A stretch of DNA of 63,114 nucleotides from the NCBI GenBank assembly GCA_947581835.1, contig CANPVV010000005.1, positions 1-63,114 of the forward strand, written 5' to 3'. A model generated the notes under the pieces. That model was not told the origin of the DNA, searched no databases, and worked only from the letters and a program-made list of their open reading frames with translations. Both the position numbers and the translations under genes were made by a program. Origin of the DNA: an uncultured Bacilli bacterium (GTDB lineage Bacteria > Bacillota_I > Bacilli_A > RF39 > UBA660). Shown here piece after piece: positions 19,680 to 30,373 of the stretch (the stretch's first letter is position 1; each line of letters begins with the position of its first letter).

Positions 19680-20441
19680 CTATCTTTCAAATAAATATCC
19701 CATAACTACCCCTATTAAAAAAAATATTAATACTTCCCAATTAAAATAACCAATCACTCTTGTAAACAAAATAAATATTGACCCTATCATAAAAGCTAAA
19801 ACTCCACTATAAACCTCATTTCTATATCTTTTAAGTAAATAATTCATGAGAACACAAGTAACAATTATCCCCAAAAATAACCCCATACTATATATTATAA
19901 ACTCTTTATTAAAAGGATTTCCTAATATTTTTAATACTTTATCATAACTTCCTAGCATCATATAAATAACTGTTCCACTTATTCCTGGAATAATCGATGT
20001 CAAAGCATCTATAAACCCTAAAAATACAATATAAAATACATTTTCATTTAAACTATTATTTAAACTAACTTTATTAAAACAAACTCCCAAAGTTACCAAT
20101 AAAAATATTAAAAAAACTACAATATTTTTCTTATTATACCTTAAATCTTTCATAAAAATCATTAAAGTTCCTATAATTAATCCTAAAAACAAATACATAA
20201 CTTCTTGATAATAATTATTTAATAAAAACAAAATTAACTTACTAAAAAATACTATAGCTAAAACTAAACCTATTCCAAACTTTCCTAAAAATTTTAAATT
20301 ATTTTTAATATCACCAAAAAAATTAGTTACAGCATCTATCAATTTTTCATATACACCCAAAGTTAAAGCAAGCATTGCTCCACTTACTCCTGGTATAATT
20401 TTTCCAATACCCACTATAAAACCAATTAAAACTAATTTCAT
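19680..20441 (-). CDS. DUF368 family membrane protein
   Basis: Duplicated IIPGVSG / IIPGISG motifs, multi-pass TM. Confidence 0.85.
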   Translation of the reverse strand: MKLVLIGFIVGIGKIIPGVSGAMLALTLGVYEKLIDAVTNFFGDIKNNLKFLGKFGIGLVLAIVFFSKLILFLLNNYYQEVMYLFLGLIIGTLMIFMKDLRYNKKNIVVFLIFLLVTLGVCFNKVSLNNSLNENVFYIVFLGFIDALTSIIPGISGTVIYMMLGSYDKVLKILGNPFNKEFIIYSMGLFLGIIVTCVLMNYLLKRYRNEVYSGVLAFMIGSIFILFTRVIGYFNWEVLIFFLIGVVMGYLFER

Positions 20442-20505
20442 AATTCACCCCTAAATTATATGAAAAATAAAAACAATTTAAAATAAAAAGAAGACTTAAA
20501 TCTTC

Positions 20506-20865
20506 TTAACAGCATCTATTATTTTCATAGACATTTTGAACTTCATTTTCCTCACAACAAGAATAAGTTGGTGTAAAAGTATGTCTATAAATATGATGAT
20601 TTATAATTCTTGTATTACAAGGTTGAATATGAGGTACTTCATGACAAATATATCTATGACAAACTGTTTCTCTTGGTGCCTCATAAACTGGTGGACAAAC
20701 ACAACCTGGAATTGCCTCTCCCATCATTCCCATATTTTGTTCGCCCATACCATAACCATAACCCATATTATTCATATTTTGTCCCATATCCATCGCAGGC
20801 ATCGCATCACTATAATATGCAGCCTCACTATAAGCTTCACAATCTCTTGTTTTATTTATTTTCAT
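20506..20865 (-). CDS. cotD: CotD-like spore coat protein
   Basis: PPVYE...HEVPHIQPCNTRIINHHIYRH, Cys/His-rich, with a Met/Gly/Asn-rich N-terminus. Confidence 0.65.
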   Translation of the reverse strand: MKINKTRDCEAYSEAAYYSDAMPAMDMGQNMNNMGYGYGMGEQNMGMMGEAIPGCVCPPVYEAPRETVCHRYICHEVPHIQPCNTRIINHHIYRHTFTPTYSCCEENEVQNVYENNRCC

Positions 20866-20966
20866 AATAAATCACTTTTCCTTTCTATCATATTTTATTC
20901 TTAAATATATAGAAGGTTTAGGTAATTTATCCTAAAATTATTTAAAAATCTTATTTAAAACCAATT

Positions 20967-22274
20967 CTAAAAAGGCATTTTCATATTACCATTACTAAAA
21001 CTCTTCATCATTTTTTTCATTTCTTCAAACTGATTTAAAAGTCTGTTTACCTCTTCAACACTTCTTCCACTTCCCATCGCAATTCTCTTTTTTCTACTTG
21101 CTTTAAGAATCTCTGGGTGTTTTCTTTCATATGGTGTCATCGAAAGTATTATGGCCTCCACATATAAAATCTGTTTTTCATCAACTTGAACATTATTAAG
21201 TCCCATTTTTCTAGCACCCGGCAGCATTTTTAAAATATTTTCTAAAGGTCCTAATTTTTTAATTTGTTTCAAATTATTTAAAAAGTCCTCCAAATCATAA
21301 CTACCCTTTTTAATTTTTATCATTTCTTCTTTAGCTTCATCTTCACTAATTAAATCTTCAACTTTTGAGGCTATTCCTAAAATATCCCCCATATCTAAAA
21401 TTCTCTCAGCCATTGCTACCGGATAAAACTCTCTTAAGCCATCCATTTTCTCTGATTCTCCAACAAACTTAATAGGAATATTCGTTAAATGCCTTACAGA
21501 TAAAGCTACTCCACCTTTAGTATTACCATCAAGCTTTGTTAAAATAGTACCTGTAATTTTAAGAGCCTTATTAAATCCTTCAATAACGTTTATAGCATCT
21601 TGCCCCATCATGGCATCTATAACCAAAATGGTTTCATCTATCTTAAAATTACTTTCTATATCTTTAAGTTCTTGCATTAATTCTTCATCAATTTGTAACC
21701 GCCCTGCTGTATCTATAATTATATAATCTAAATCATTTTCCTTCGCATATTCTAAAGCATCTTTAATTATTTCTATAGGACTAATCTTTCCCTTAGTAAA
21801 TACTGGTATATCTAAACTTTTTCCAATTTCTACTAATTGTTCAATCGCCGCTGGTCTATATACGTCACAAGCTACAAGTAAAGGCTTTCTTTTATGTTTC
21901 TTTCTAAGAAAACTTGCAAGCTTTCCCGCCGTTGTTGTTTTACCACTTCCCTGTAACCCACAAAGCATCAAAATTGTTAAATCATTGTTAATTGTTAAAG
22001 GAACATAATCTCCCCCTAAAAGTTCCACTAACTCATCTTTTACCAACTTAATAAATAACTCATCAGGTTTAACATTATTAGAAACATCCATTCCTAAAGC
22101 TTTTTCTTTAACATTTTGAATAAACTCTTTTACAACTTGATAATTTACGTCAGCCTCTAATAAAGCAAGTCGAATTTCTCTCATTGCCTCACTTATATTT
22201 TCTTCAGTAATTCTTCCCATACCCCTAATATTTTTAATTGCTCTACTTATTCTATCTCCCATGTATTCAAACAT
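20967..22274 (-). CDS. ffh: Signal recognition particle protein
   Basis: GLQGSGKTT, DTAGR, TKLDG, M-domain RKKRIAMGSG. Confidence 0.98.
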   Translation of the reverse strand: MFEYMGDRISRAIKNIRGMGRITEENISEAMREIRLALLEADVNYQVVKEFIQNVKEKALGMDVSNNVKPDELFIKLVKDELVELLGGDYVPLTINNDLTILMLCGLQGSGKTTTAGKLASFLRKKHKRKPLLVACDVYRPAAIEQLVEIGKSLDIPVFTKGKISPIEIIKDALEYAKENDLDYIIIDTAGRLQIDEELMQELKDIESNFKIDETILVIDAMMGQDAINVIEGFNKALKITGTILTKLDGNTKGGVALSVRHLTNIPIKFVGESEKMDGLREFYPVAMAERILDMGDILGIASKVEDLISEDEAKEEMIKIKKGSYDLEDFLNNLKQIKKLGPLENILKMLPGARKMGLNNVQVDEKQILYVEAIILSMTPYERKHPEILKASRKKRIAMGSGRSVEEVNRLLNQFEEMKKMMKSFSNGNMKMPF

Positions 22275-22413
22275 AATGTATCATCTCCAATATCTAAATT
22301 ATAACATAACAAACGCTTTTAAGTAAAGAAACTTTATTTTCTATTAAATATAACTTTATATAAACTAAAAGATAGTCTTAAATCTAAGACTATCAAATAT
22401 AAAAATATAAAAA

Positions 22414-22455
22414 CTTGCCTCTAGTTAGAGATAATAGAAAAGCACTAAAGGCAAG
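22414..22455 (-). terminator. Hairpin downstream of the DGR-target-like gene
   Basis: CTTGCCTTTAGT...ACTAGAGGCAAG stem followed by a T-run on the minus strand. Confidence 0.6.
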
Positions 22456-22462
22456 ATAAATA

Positions 22463-23902
22463 CTAACTTAATTGAACTACATAAGGATTAGTACTACTTC
22501 CAGCCTCTCCACTTGTACCAGCTCCATCAATAGTAAACTTTGTACCAGCTTTGAGATTTATTACAGGTCGTACACCAGGAGCAGACCAATCCACGCCAGA
22601 GTAGTAATTGGCAAGATAACCAGTATTGTACACAACAAATACTTGAGCGCCACTTCCATTAAAATGAGATGGAGATATTGTCCAGTAATATGCACCTGAA
22701 CATAACCAAAAATCACCATTAGTTGCACCAGCAAAACCACCAGCATATATTACTTCATCACTTGTAATCAAGCCAACTGGTACAGGTAATGCTTGATTTC
22801 CTTTTTTCTCATCATTTGTAACAGTATACAAATCATTTTGATCTTCACACTTAAATGTTGCTTTTTGTGTTCCATTATAACTTTCTCCTGATTTTGTCCA
22901 TATTCTATCGGCTGGTCCATAAGCAGTTTTATTTGTAGCACCACTTCCATATCCAGTATCATTATAATCACTTCCATGTTTATTTTTTGCAATAGTTCTA
23001 TCTCCACAAAATCCTGTTGTGCCATCTATCTTATCTCTATATTCTTCTGCTATTCCTTTACCTTTACTTATAAAATCACCTGTTCCATTATACCAATTCT
23101 CTACTTGAATTAATACACTACTTTTATTTTCATTTTTATGAGCATTTACATAACTATCTGATTTTGTTCCATACATATAGCCTACATATTTATTATCATA
23201 ATAACTATTAAATACATAACTTTTTCCATTTATTATTGTACCTGTTCCAGTTTTTACAGGCCCTGTATCTCCTGAATAAATAAGCCTAATAGATCCATTT
23301 CCATTTATTCTAATTATTCGCCAATATGTACTTCCTATTTTTACCCAATTCTTATCTACATTTCCTCTAAAATAATAAGTTTCGCCATAATCATCATTTC
23401 CTTTACATAATAAATTATCACTCGACTGACTCATTGCTTTAATGTTAGCATTCCCTTCAACATCTAAAATTGGACAAGCTTTTTCATCTGATGGAGTTAA
23501 ATTTAATTCAACCAAAGTATCTTCTGCTGTAGGTTCTTTTACTTTCTTTAAATAAACAAAACATTTTAAACTACTACTATCTGCTTTTATATATACTTTA
23601 TTTTCTTTATATTCCATAGTTGGTGTAGGATTTATATGACCTTTACTTGTTCCATTTGTACAATAACTTTCATTTGTATCTACTTCATAATTGCCTTTTG
23701 GAATAGTATCTGTATCTTTATATTCCTCATTATCACTATCTTTATAAAGTATTGCAATTCTTTTACTTTCTATTTCCTGCAAATTAACAATACTATCTAA
23801 CTCATATACTTCTTCTCTTTTACTATTTATCAATCTTATTGATAATAAAACTGCACCTAAAAACACCCCTATTACTACTATACTTTTATTACTTTTTTTC
23901 AT
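22463..23902 (-). CDS. Membrane-anchored protein with C-terminal C-type-lectin-like (DGR-target-type) domain
   Basis: N-terminal TM, YYFRG...WRIIRINGNGSIRLI, VGLITSDE, YWTISP...GVRPVINL. Confidence 0.7.
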   Translation of the reverse strand: MKKSNKSIVVIGVFLGAVLLSIRLINSKREEVYELDSIVNLQEIESKRIAILYKDSDNEEYKDTDTIPKGNYEVDTNESYCTNGTSKGHINPTPTMEYKENKVYIKADSSSLKCFVYLKKVKEPTAEDTLVELNLTPSDEKACPILDVEGNANIKAMSQSSDNLLCKGNDDYGETYYFRGNVDKNWVKIGSTYWRIIRINGNGSIRLIYSGDTGPVKTGTGTIINGKSYVFNSYYDNKYVGYMYGTKSDSYVNAHKNENKSSVLIQVENWYNGTGDFISKGKGIAEEYRDKIDGTTGFCGDRTIAKNKHGSDYNDTGYGSGATNKTAYGPADRIWTKSGESYNGTQKATFKCEDQNDLYTVTNDEKKGNQALPVPVGLITSDEVIYAGGFAGATNGDFWLCSGAYYWTISPSHFNGSGAQVFVVYNTGYLANYYSGVDWSAPGVRPVINLKAGTKFTIDGAGTSGEAGSSTNPYVVQLS

Positions 23903-24022
23903 TTCCTATTCTCCTATCAGAAATTCCTAGTTTATAAATAAATTATAATCTGTGATAGTGTAAATGTCAAGAAAAATGTTTAAAATTACCAGACAAAACA
24001 ATTTTTAAACAATAAATATGTA

Positions 24023-24499
24023 ATGATATACATGGTGATAAAAATGAATATTGAAAAATTAAAAGATCTCCGTGAAAACCAAGAATTAACCATGCAAGAT
24101 TTAGCTAACCAATTAAATATTGCCAAAAGTTCTTACAGTTTATGGGAAGAAGGTATAGAACGAATACCACTAGAAAGATTAATATCAATCTGTGATTTTT
24201 TTAATGTAAGCCTAGACTATCTCATGGACAACACTAATACTCCTAAATACCAAAACTCTCAAAAAGGATTAGATAAAAACATTTTAAAAAACAACCTAAA
24301 AATTCTTAGAAAAGATTTAAAATACACTCAAGATGCTTTTGCCAAACTTTTAAATCTTAATCGTACAACTATCATAAACTATGAAAAAGGACTAACTATT
24401 CCCCTTTTAGATCATTTATTATTTATCTCTAAAAACTTTAATATATCTCTCGACTATCTCTTAGGTAAAACTAAAGAACCCAAATATCTAAAAAAGTAG
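24023..24499 (+). CDS. XRE-family regulator with two tandem HTH domains
   Basis: Two LR...TQ/TM...A..LN...E.G...P...FN.SLDYL units. Confidence 0.88.
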   Translation: MIYMVIKMNIEKLKDLRENQELTMQDLANQLNIAKSSYSLWEEGIERIPLERLISICDFFNVSLDYLMDNTNTPKYQNSQKGLDKNILKNNLKILRKDLKYTQDAFAKLLNLNRTTIINYEKGLTIPLLDHLLFISKNFNISLDYLLGKTKEPKYLKK

Positions 24500-24539
24500 C
24501 AAAACTGCTACTTAAACTATTTACAATATAACTTACATT

Positions 24540-25745
24540 CTACTTATCTAACAACCAATCTAAAACATTTCTAATTTTTATTCCTTCTTCATTAGCAAGT
24601 GGTATTTTATCAAAAGTTAAAATCAATTTTTCATAATTATCATCTATCTTCTTTAATGATTTTAGCTCTCTATCTAATATTCTATTATCTTTTTCATCTA
24701 TCCCCTTTAAAGTATCAGCCACTTGAATATATAATCTTCCATCTTTATTTATTGCCACAAAATCAACCTCATAATCTTCTACTTTCCCTATAAATACGTC
24801 ATAACCCCTTCTTAATAACTCTAAATAAACCACATTTTCTAATATATGTCCATAATCTCCTATTTTACGTCCTAATATAAAATATCTTAATCCTAAATCT
24901 GAAACATAATATTTTTCTCCAGTCTTCAAATATTGTTTACCCTTTATATCATATCTTGATGCTTTATATAAGAAAAAACATTCTGTAAAGCCCTCTAAAT
25001 ACTTTTCTACTGTTCTAACATTTATATCTCGTCCATCACTTGTCATCGAATTAGCTATATTATTAACAGATACAAGATTACCTATATTATCCATTGCAAA
25101 ATTAGCTACACTTCTAAGCATTCCCTCATCAGTTATTTTCTTTCGCATCATGACATCTTTTATTATTATATCGTTATATATACTACTAAGATATATACTT
25201 ACATCATCCTCTGTTTCTAATGAAGTTGTATATGGTAATGAACCAAATGATATATATTTTTGATATAACTCATCATTACTTAAATTTTTATAAGCATCTT
25301 TATATTCCTTAAAAGATAATGGTAACATTTTAATTTCTATATATCTTCCTGATAATAATGTTGCAAGTTCACTTGATAAAAAATAAGCATTAGAACCTGT
25401 TATATATAAATCAATATTTTTATTAATATAAAGACTATCAACTGCTTTTTGAAATTCAGCAATTTTTTGAACTTCATCTATAAACACATAATTTTTCTTA
25501 TTTGCTTTTATATTTTCATTTACATAATTATACAAAGCCATATAATCTCCAATAAAGTTATACTTTAAATCTTCTAAATTAATACTTATTATCTGTTCCT
25601 GTGTTACTCCATTATTTAATAAATAATCTTTATATATTTCAAGCAATGTTGATTTTCCGCATCTTCTAATTCCTGTAATTACTTTAATTAACTCTTTATC
25701 TTTAAATCTTTTTAATAAATTCAAATATTCATTTCTCTCTATCAT
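24540..25745 (-). CDS. AAA-family ATPase (AAA_14/DUF4143 type)
   Basis: GIRRCGKS, FIDEVQ, TGSNA, KYYVSDLG, EVDFVA...YIQV. Confidence 0.88.
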   Translation of the reverse strand: MIERNEYLNLLKRFKDKELIKVITGIRRCGKSTLLEIYKDYLLNNGVTQEQIISINLEDLKYNFIGDYMALYNYVNENIKANKKNYVFIDEVQKIAEFQKAVDSLYINKNIDLYITGSNAYFLSSELATLLSGRYIEIKMLPLSFKEYKDAYKNLSNDELYQKYISFGSLPYTTSLETEDDVSIYLSSIYNDIIIKDVMMRKKITDEGMLRSVANFAMDNIGNLVSVNNIANSMTSDGRDINVRTVEKYLEGFTECFFLYKASRYDIKGKQYLKTGEKYYVSDLGLRYFILGRKIGDYGHILENVVYLELLRRGYDVFIGKVEDYEVDFVAINKDGRLYIQVADTLKGIDEKDNRILDRELKSLKKIDDNYEKLILTFDKIPLANEEGIKIRNVLDWLLDK

Positions 25746-25800
25746 CTAAAATCCTCCTTTATTAATAAACATTATACCTCTTTTTAATAAAAAAGTAAAG

Positions 25801-25823
25801 TTTTTGTATTACTAGTACAAAAA
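25801..25823. promoter_or_regulatory. Inverted repeat upstream of the ATPase gene
   Basis: TTTTTGTA-N7-TACAAAAA, with a half-site repeated near 25842. Confidence 0.4.
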
Positions 25824-25917
25824 CTTATGATTTTTAGACAATTTTTGTATTATTATTTAATAATATAAATTACTATATTATCTAAATAAAAAAATAATAC
25901 TTAAATTTAAGTACTAT

Positions 25918-26649
25918 CTATTTAAAAAACAAATCATTTAAAGCTCCACTTATAATATCACTCATACTATCCACCACTTCTGATGCATTAACCGACGTAT
26001 ATAAATGTTTATCTTTATCCAGTACCAAAGGTACCCCTATCGCAATAACAGGAATATTAAAAGTTGAAGCATCTATTTTTTTATTATCTTTAATAGCGCT
26101 CCCAGGTATAATTCCCGTATTATTAATCTCTAAACAATTATTTAAATACTCATCATTATTTGTTGCCAAAGTATCAATCATAATAATTACTGTCGGTTGA
26201 AGTTTTTTAACTACCATCTCTATCAAACTATAAGAACTTATTCCCGTTTTTTCTGTTACTAAAGGATTAAACAAAGCTACTTTTGGTAAATTAAGAAAAT
26301 CTGTAAAATGATTAGTTGCCATCACTTTATTAGTTGTATTAACCCCCAAACTATCACAAACAATACCAGAATTACCTAATCCAATAATTAAGGGTTTAGC
26401 TGGATTCATATCTTTAAAAAATAATCTAAGAATTTTCATCAATTCTTTTTTTATTCCTTTGCCAATTTTATTTATATCCTTATATTCATAACCAATAACA
26501 AAATAATCTCCCTTAATTCTTTTTAGCTTTTTCTCATTATCCGTCGTAACCTTAAAATGATTTACTTTATAATTCTTATATTTAATCTCATCTAATTTCA
26601 TTAAATTATCCTGAATAATATGCGAGGCATCCATAAAAACTTTTTTCAT
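25918..26649 (-). CDS. gpr: Spore germination protease GPR (shortened)
   Basis: GLGN...DSLG, TGI, IDTLA, TGIIPGS, IPVIAIGVP. Confidence 0.85.
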   Translation of the reverse strand: MKKVFMDASHIIQDNLMKLDEIKYKNYKVNHFKVTTDNEKKLKRIKGDYFVIGYEYKDINKIGKGIKKELMKILRLFFKDMNPAKPLIIGLGNSGIVCDSLGVNTTNKVMATNHFTDFLNLPKVALFNPLVTEKTGISSYSLIEMVVKKLQPTVIIMIDTLATNNDEYLNNCLEINNTGIIPGSAIKDNKKIDASTFNIPVIAIGVPLVLDKDKHLYTSVNASEVVDSMSDIISGALNDLFFK

Positions 26650-26663
26650 AACTTCACCTCTAA

Positions 26664-26692
26664 TATTATTCCAAAATAATTTTCAAATATAC
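26664..26692 (-). promoter_or_regulatory. sigmaF/sigmaG-type forespore promoter of gpr
   Basis: GTATA-15 bp-GGAATAATA just upstream of the RBS. Confidence 0.6.
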
Positions 26693-26709
26693 TTACTTAT
26701 TCTTTATAA

Positions 26710-28560
26710 TTATCTTTTTAAAGTATCTGTAACAATCATTTCTGTTGGATAAATTCTAAACAATTCCTCTATCCCCATCATTTCATCTCTTTTTAAAATC
26801 TCTTTTAACTTATTAAGCATCAAATATTTATATTCTTCCTTTTTCATATTATCACTACAATACTTATATTCAATCACATTAAATAAATCTTCATACACAT
26901 TTTTCTTTTCTTTACTCAAATTCTTCCACTCTAATATCAATCTTTCGCTTCCTAACAACTCCAATATCTCTCCTACTTTGATATGTTTAAAAGTTGTAAT
27001 TTTCCTTAAAACACCCATCTTTAACCAATAATCATAATGTATTCTAATATCATAAAGTTCTTCTTTTACTATTTCCTCATTTTCTACTTCATCTTTATTA
27101 AGATATTTTCTCATTTCATCTCTTCTATAAGAATTAAAATAACCCAAAAGCTCATCTAAAATATCTCTTCTAACTATATTATCCTTATCACTATCTAAAA
27201 AATACTCATAAAAAACTTCATAATCTTTACTACCTAATTCATTTATCAAGATCTTATGATATTCCAAATTTAAATCATCTATCAAAAATCTTAACTTTTT
27301 CTTTTCTTCTTTACTCAAATCTTTTCCATTTAAAAACTTTTTAACTAACCTTTTATTATCTATAGAAGAACTTTCTATTAAACCATCTATATACTTCTTT
27401 TTAGTACCTTTACAAACTCTTTTAGTATCTAAAAAATAACCATATATTCCTTTAAACTTATTATTCGGTAAAACTCCCGTCTTAACCCAATTATCATAAT
27501 AATTAACCAAATCTTTTAAAGTATATATAGCCGTATTTTTCTCTCCACTCGTTAAAAAATAATTATTAACCAAAGCTTTAACTAATCTTCTTGTCTTCGA
27601 ACTTAAAGCCATCAATAAATAATCTACTATCTCTTTTTTATCCTGTTTTAAAACACCATCTATATCTACAAAATAATCATATATTTCTCTTTTAGGATAT
27701 TTTAAAATCTCTTCTTCCAAACTTAATTTTAACTCTCTATTTTTATTCTTTAAAACTATCTCTTTTAAATTCTTAAGATATACCAAATTATTAATATTAT
27801 TTTTAAGTTCTTTTAAATCATCCAAAGAAAAATTATATATCACTTTCCTAATATCCTCTAATTCCAAATTAAAACCTAAATCTTCCATCGCTTGAAACAA
27901 TACTACATCGATATCCATATTATCTAACAAAAATTTCAATTTAGCTAAATATGAACTCTTATTTTTTACATCTATATCCAACATAATTGGATTATAATCT
28001 AAAACCTGACACAATCTATTAAAATTAGTAATAGTCCAATTTAAATCTTTACTTTTTGGCTTTATAGCTAAATAAGAATCATATTCTCCCTTACATATCC
28101 CTATTATTTCTTCTAAAGTAAAAGATTCTATATGTAACTCTTTAACCAATTTTTTAAAATATAAAGACTTCTCATTTAATCTCGCAATAAGCTGTTTATC
28201 TAATTTAATTAATTTACTATCTAACTCTTTATATAATCCTTTTAATACTTCCCAACCATTACCACAATTTCTACTTAACTTAATCAAAAAATTATTTAAT
28301 AAACGCATATCTTCTCTATTATAATTTCTAAAAAAATATTTTCTAACTTCTTCCTCTAAATAAAAAGTTAAAGCTAACCTAAAATTATTTGATTTTTTTC
28401 CAACTTTTACTCCTCGATCAAAAAGTTTAAACCAAGCCTCTTTTCTTAATCCATAATAATCATAATTAGTTAAATAATCATCAAATAAAGTCAATAAAAA
28501 GTTTTTATCATCTTCTTTTACTATTCCATCTATAATTAAATGTTCTACATACTCCTGCAT
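26710..28560 (-). CDS. Hypothetical helical-repeat protein (paralog of upstream gene)
   Basis: 616-aa ORF with three Y.YF.D...YD.W.K.G.L-type units. Confidence 0.75.
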   Translation of the reverse strand: MQEYVEHLIIDGIVKEDDKNFLLTLFDDYLTNYDYYGLRKEAWFKLFDRGVKVGKKSNNFRLALTFYLEEEVRKYFFRNYNREDMRLLNNFLIKLSRNCGNGWEVLKGLYKELDSKLIKLDKQLIARLNEKSLYFKKLVKELHIESFTLEEIIGICKGEYDSYLAIKPKSKDLNWTITNFNRLCQVLDYNPIMLDIDVKNKSSYLAKLKFLLDNMDIDVVLFQAMEDLGFNLELEDIRKVIYNFSLDDLKELKNNINNLVYLKNLKEIVLKNKNRELKLSLEEEILKYPKREIYDYFVDIDGVLKQDKKEIVDYLLMALSSKTRRLVKALVNNYFLTSGEKNTAIYTLKDLVNYYDNWVKTGVLPNNKFKGIYGYFLDTKRVCKGTKKKYIDGLIESSSIDNKRLVKKFLNGKDLSKEEKKKLRFLIDDLNLEYHKILINELGSKDYEVFYEYFLDSDKDNIVRRDILDELLGYFNSYRRDEMRKYLNKDEVENEEIVKEELYDIRIHYDYWLKMGVLRKITTFKHIKVGEILELLGSERLILEWKNLSKEKKNVYEDLFNVIEYKYCSDNMKKEEYKYLMLNKLKEILKRDEMMGIEELFRIYPTEMIVTDTLKR

Positions 28561-30203
28561 TCTCTCATCTCCTTTATCTCTTTCTGACTTATCTCTCCAT
28601 ATTTTTCTAACATTTCTAAAAAACTATACGAAGATTTCAACTCTTCCATCTTTTCTTTTAAATACCTCAAGTACTCTTTTCTTTTCAAGCCAATACCTCG
28701 ATATTCTATCTCTATTAATTTATACTCCCCAATTAAAAGTTTAAGCCTCTTTTCTCCAATTTCTTCAAAATAACCTAATAATTCTTCTTTAGTAAAACCT
28801 ATATCCATAAATAAATCCATCAAATAATAATCTTGAGGTAACAAACCAGTTCTCTTCCATATATCATATTGTTCCTTAATCTCCTCATGTATAGCTCTAA
28901 GTTCTTTTAAATCTCCATTATTTACTAATCCATACCAATAATCTTTCATTAATTTTTGCTTTCTTATTGCCAAAGAACTTAATAATTTTCTAATAACTTC
29001 TTTTTGAATATCTAAAGGATTATCTTTATCTAAAGTAAAATCTAAATCTAAAGTTGTATCAAAATCTGGTAATTCTTTAGTCTCTAAATACTTATTTAAA
29101 GCGAGTTTAATATTATCTATATCTCTTCTAGCTATCTTGGCCTCTTTAGTTCTTCTAACTAAAGAATAATCTAAAAAACCCTTAATATTTTCTATTCTCT
29201 CAGGATTTTCTTTTTCTATTTTCTCTAATTCTTTATCTACAAAAGCTCTTTTTAACCCCACATTAATTGTATAATCAAAAAAATAATCATATCTATTCTC
29301 CCAAGTTATTATCTTAATACTATTTTTTGGTTCTCTAAAACCTTTATTACTCTCACTTAATTTATCTGCAATAATATCTAAATAAAGGGTATCACTTTTA
29401 TTCCCACTTATATAATCTTGATAAGAGAAAAATAATCTCTTTAATTCTTCTTCTTCTAAATTAAATAATATTCTCTTAAAACTATCTCTTAAAATAACCC
29501 CATATTTTCTAATATACAACCCATAAATATCTTCTATATAATCATATTTACTTAAAATAAATTTTATTTTCTTAACAACTCTTTTATTATAAATAGGTTT
29601 TGTAAAGAAAACTTTATCTATAAGTAAATTATTTACCTCATTAAATAGCTCTAAAGTCTCTCTTAAACTTTTATCTTTTCCGCGACAAAACAAATATACT
29701 TCATACTTATTATTAATAACATCTAAATACTCTTTATATGAAAAATCACTTATTCCTAAACCTTCTAAAAGCATTTTAAATGAAACTACATTATTTTTAT
29801 AAAACTCATAATCTTCTTCCCCTAAACTAATATTAAACTCCCTTAATTCTTCATTAATATATCTTAAAATATCTATTTTAGTATTAGTCATACTTTTAGC
29901 TTTAATAATTAAATTACCAAAAAAATTCTTATCTTTCTTCGCCAATTTCTTTCTTATAAATACCTCTACTCTTTTCCTCATCTGTTTTTTAAAATTACTC
30001 TTAAAAGGAATTAAATCTATTGTTTCTTTAAATGTTTCTATTATAGCTTTATCTATTACTTCTTCTCTAAGTCCTAAATAATCATATCTATTCATTAAAT
30101 AATCTTTTTCTTTTTGAACAAATAAAATAATATCTTGTAAAACACTTACTGTTTTAACTTTTCCTCTTAATAATCTTTCTAATTCTTCCTTCATAATTAT
30201 CAC
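28545..30203 (-). CDS. Hypothetical helical-repeat protein
   Basis: 552-aa ORF sharing YDY.GLR.E and YD.W..TG.LP motifs with its neighbour. Confidence 0.75.
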   Translation of the reverse strand: MIIMKEELERLLRGKVKTVSVLQDIILFVQKEKDYLMNRYDYLGLREEVIDKAIIETFKETIDLIPFKSNFKKQMRKRVEVFIRKKLAKKDKNFFGNLIIKAKSMTNTKIDILRYINEELREFNISLGEEDYEFYKNNVVSFKMLLEGLGISDFSYKEYLDVINNKYEVYLFCRGKDKSLRETLELFNEVNNLLIDKVFFTKPIYNKRVVKKIKFILSKYDYIEDIYGLYIRKYGVILRDSFKRILFNLEEEELKRLFFSYQDYISGNKSDTLYLDIIADKLSESNKGFREPKNSIKIITWENRYDYFFDYTINVGLKRAFVDKELEKIEKENPERIENIKGFLDYSLVRRTKEAKIARRDIDNIKLALNKYLETKELPDFDTTLDLDFTLDKDNPLDIQKEVIRKLLSSLAIRKQKLMKDYWYGLVNNGDLKELRAIHEEIKEQYDIWKRTGLLPQDYYLMDLFMDIGFTKEELLGYFEEIGEKRLKLLIGEYKLIEIEYRGIGLKRKEYLRYLKEKMEELKSSYSFLEMLEKYGEISQKEIKEMRECRSM

Positions 30204-30314
30204 CCCTAAATAACTTTATTTATTCTACCACAATTAAAAAAAATGTCAACTCATGCTTATATTTTATAAAAATGCTAAAATTATCTTAAATATTAACATT
30301 TATACTTAAAAAAC

Positions 30315-30343
30315 TTGCATTATTAAAAGTTTTTTGATAGAAT
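30315..30343 (+). promoter_or_regulatory. sigmaA promoter of rpsT
   Basis: TTGCAT-17 bp-TAGAAT with extended TG. Confidence 0.7.
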
Positions 30344-30373
30344 TGATACTGAAATCAAGGAAGGAGTGTTCCC

